34,233 bases of DNA from a virus (taxonomy: Duplodnaviria > Caudoviricetes). A program made the translations under genes and the position numbers. A model generated the notes under the pieces. It was given only the letters and a program-made list of their open reading frames with translations, searched no databases and had not been told where the DNA came from. The DNA is taken from IMG/VR virus record IMGVR_UViG_3300027756_000030, positions 1 to 34,233 of that record; one strand, written 5' to 3'. Of the stretch, positions 33,586-34,233 are shown piece after piece (within the stretch, counting starts at the first letter, position 1; each line of letters begins with the position of its first letter).

Positions 33586-34093
33586 CTTTAATCTTCTTCT
33601 TTAAATCTTCAATCGTGCCGTTATTAACAATAGTCTCATCAAAGATCCAAGCGTCTAACGCTGTTTCAGAGATGTGGTCGTTAACCGCGTCCACACCCGG
33701 GCGCTCAATACGCCAAAGCTGTCCGCCCTGTGAAGAAATAGCTGACGCTTCATTAGGAAATCTAACGTCGGTAATAACATAGCGGCCTTCGTGTGGGTCT
33801 TTAATTTGTGACAAAGTCATAGCTACCCATAGATACTCGTCAATACCTTGTCTGCCAGCTTCGCCGGTAGTTTGTAGTAAACGACGAACTTCTGGGTCTT
33901 GTTTAACAATATCCCAACCATACTCATTTACCATTCCTTGAATCTCAATTGAATTAATTTTAGGATTAATGTCGTAAACAAGAGCTTTAATTGGATCAGC
34001 AAAAGCAAGTGCAATAAATCCATGATGGTCTACCAAAATGTCTGCCACAGTGTTCTTACCTGATTGGGCGTAGCCCGAAAGTCCAATAATCAT
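33575..34093 (-). CDS. deoxynucleoside monophosphate kinase
   Basis: GLSGYAQSGKNT, FADPIK, RRLLQ, ITDVRFPNE, HISE. Confidence 0.9.
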   Translation of the reverse strand: MIIGLSGYAQSGKNTVADILVDHHGFIALAFADPIKALVYDINPKINSIEIQGMVNEYGWDIVKQDPEVRRLLQTTGEAGRQGIDEYLWVAMTLSQIKDPHEGRYVITDVRFPNEASAISSQGGQLWRIERPGVDAVNDHISETALDAWIFDETIVNNGTIEDLKKKIKVDL

Positions 34094-34233
34094 ACTTTTC
34101 CTCTCACCATGTGTTTAGCGTTTTCTAATCCAAACTCTATCTCAACCTTGCTCATAGCGCCAATGTCTTTCATATCGGTCTGTGAGTAGTTAAAAAACAA
34201 CGCCTCTTTCCACGTCTCTCTGCACATATCAAG
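34090..34233 (-). CDS. C-terminus of a gene, possibly DNA primase (partial)
   Basis: Open frame ...FNYSQTDMKDIGAMS...; KD-x-G motif resembles a Toprim end; ATGA overlap. Confidence 0.45.
   Translation of the reverse strand, partial: LDMCRETWKEALFFNYSQTDMKDIGAMSKVEIEFGLENAKHMVRGKV

Noticed and set aside
1-34233. tRNA genes or alternative genetic code
   Set aside because: No cloverleaf or T-loop signature noticed; genes are intact in code 11 and all three stop codons are used

Overview
This is a fragment of a large lytic phage genome, most likely infecting Actinobacteria (WhiB, a DUF4192-like gene, leaderless genes, GACAC boxes). No integrase, tRNA or CRISPR array is visible. It has three parts. 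(1) 1-2600, minus strand: small basic, Pro-rich or Zn-binding hypothetical genes. (2) About 2660-12430, plus strand: an early or host-takeover-like block of eight short operons containing ArdC, a DUF4192-like gene and many small acidic proteins. Each operon is headed by a copy of one composite upstream element: GTTTGTGTTG, a CCC triplet, a covarying hairpin, GAGAGA, a CGACACGCC box in either orientation, a -10 hexamer, a 5' hairpin and a GATAGG(A/G)G ribosome-binding site (RBS). (3) 12433-34233, minus strand: class II ribonucleotide reductase, a nucleotidyltransferase cluster, metallophosphoesterase, SpoVS, RuvC, Cas4-like nuclease, WhiB, resolvase, RecA, DNA polymerase I, SSB, HTH and RHH regulators, SNF2 helicase, dNMP kinase and probably the end of a primase. 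The most striking unexplained pattern is that nearly every plus-strand operon carries, at its 3' end, the reverse complement of its own 5' RBS, several times inside a hairpin loop. The block ends in a structured RNA-like element whose loops present CUCCUAUCAG (complementary to the phage RBS) and CCUUUCU (like the host 16S anti-Shine-Dalgarno tail). Protein calls come from motif recognition by eye; no database search was run.
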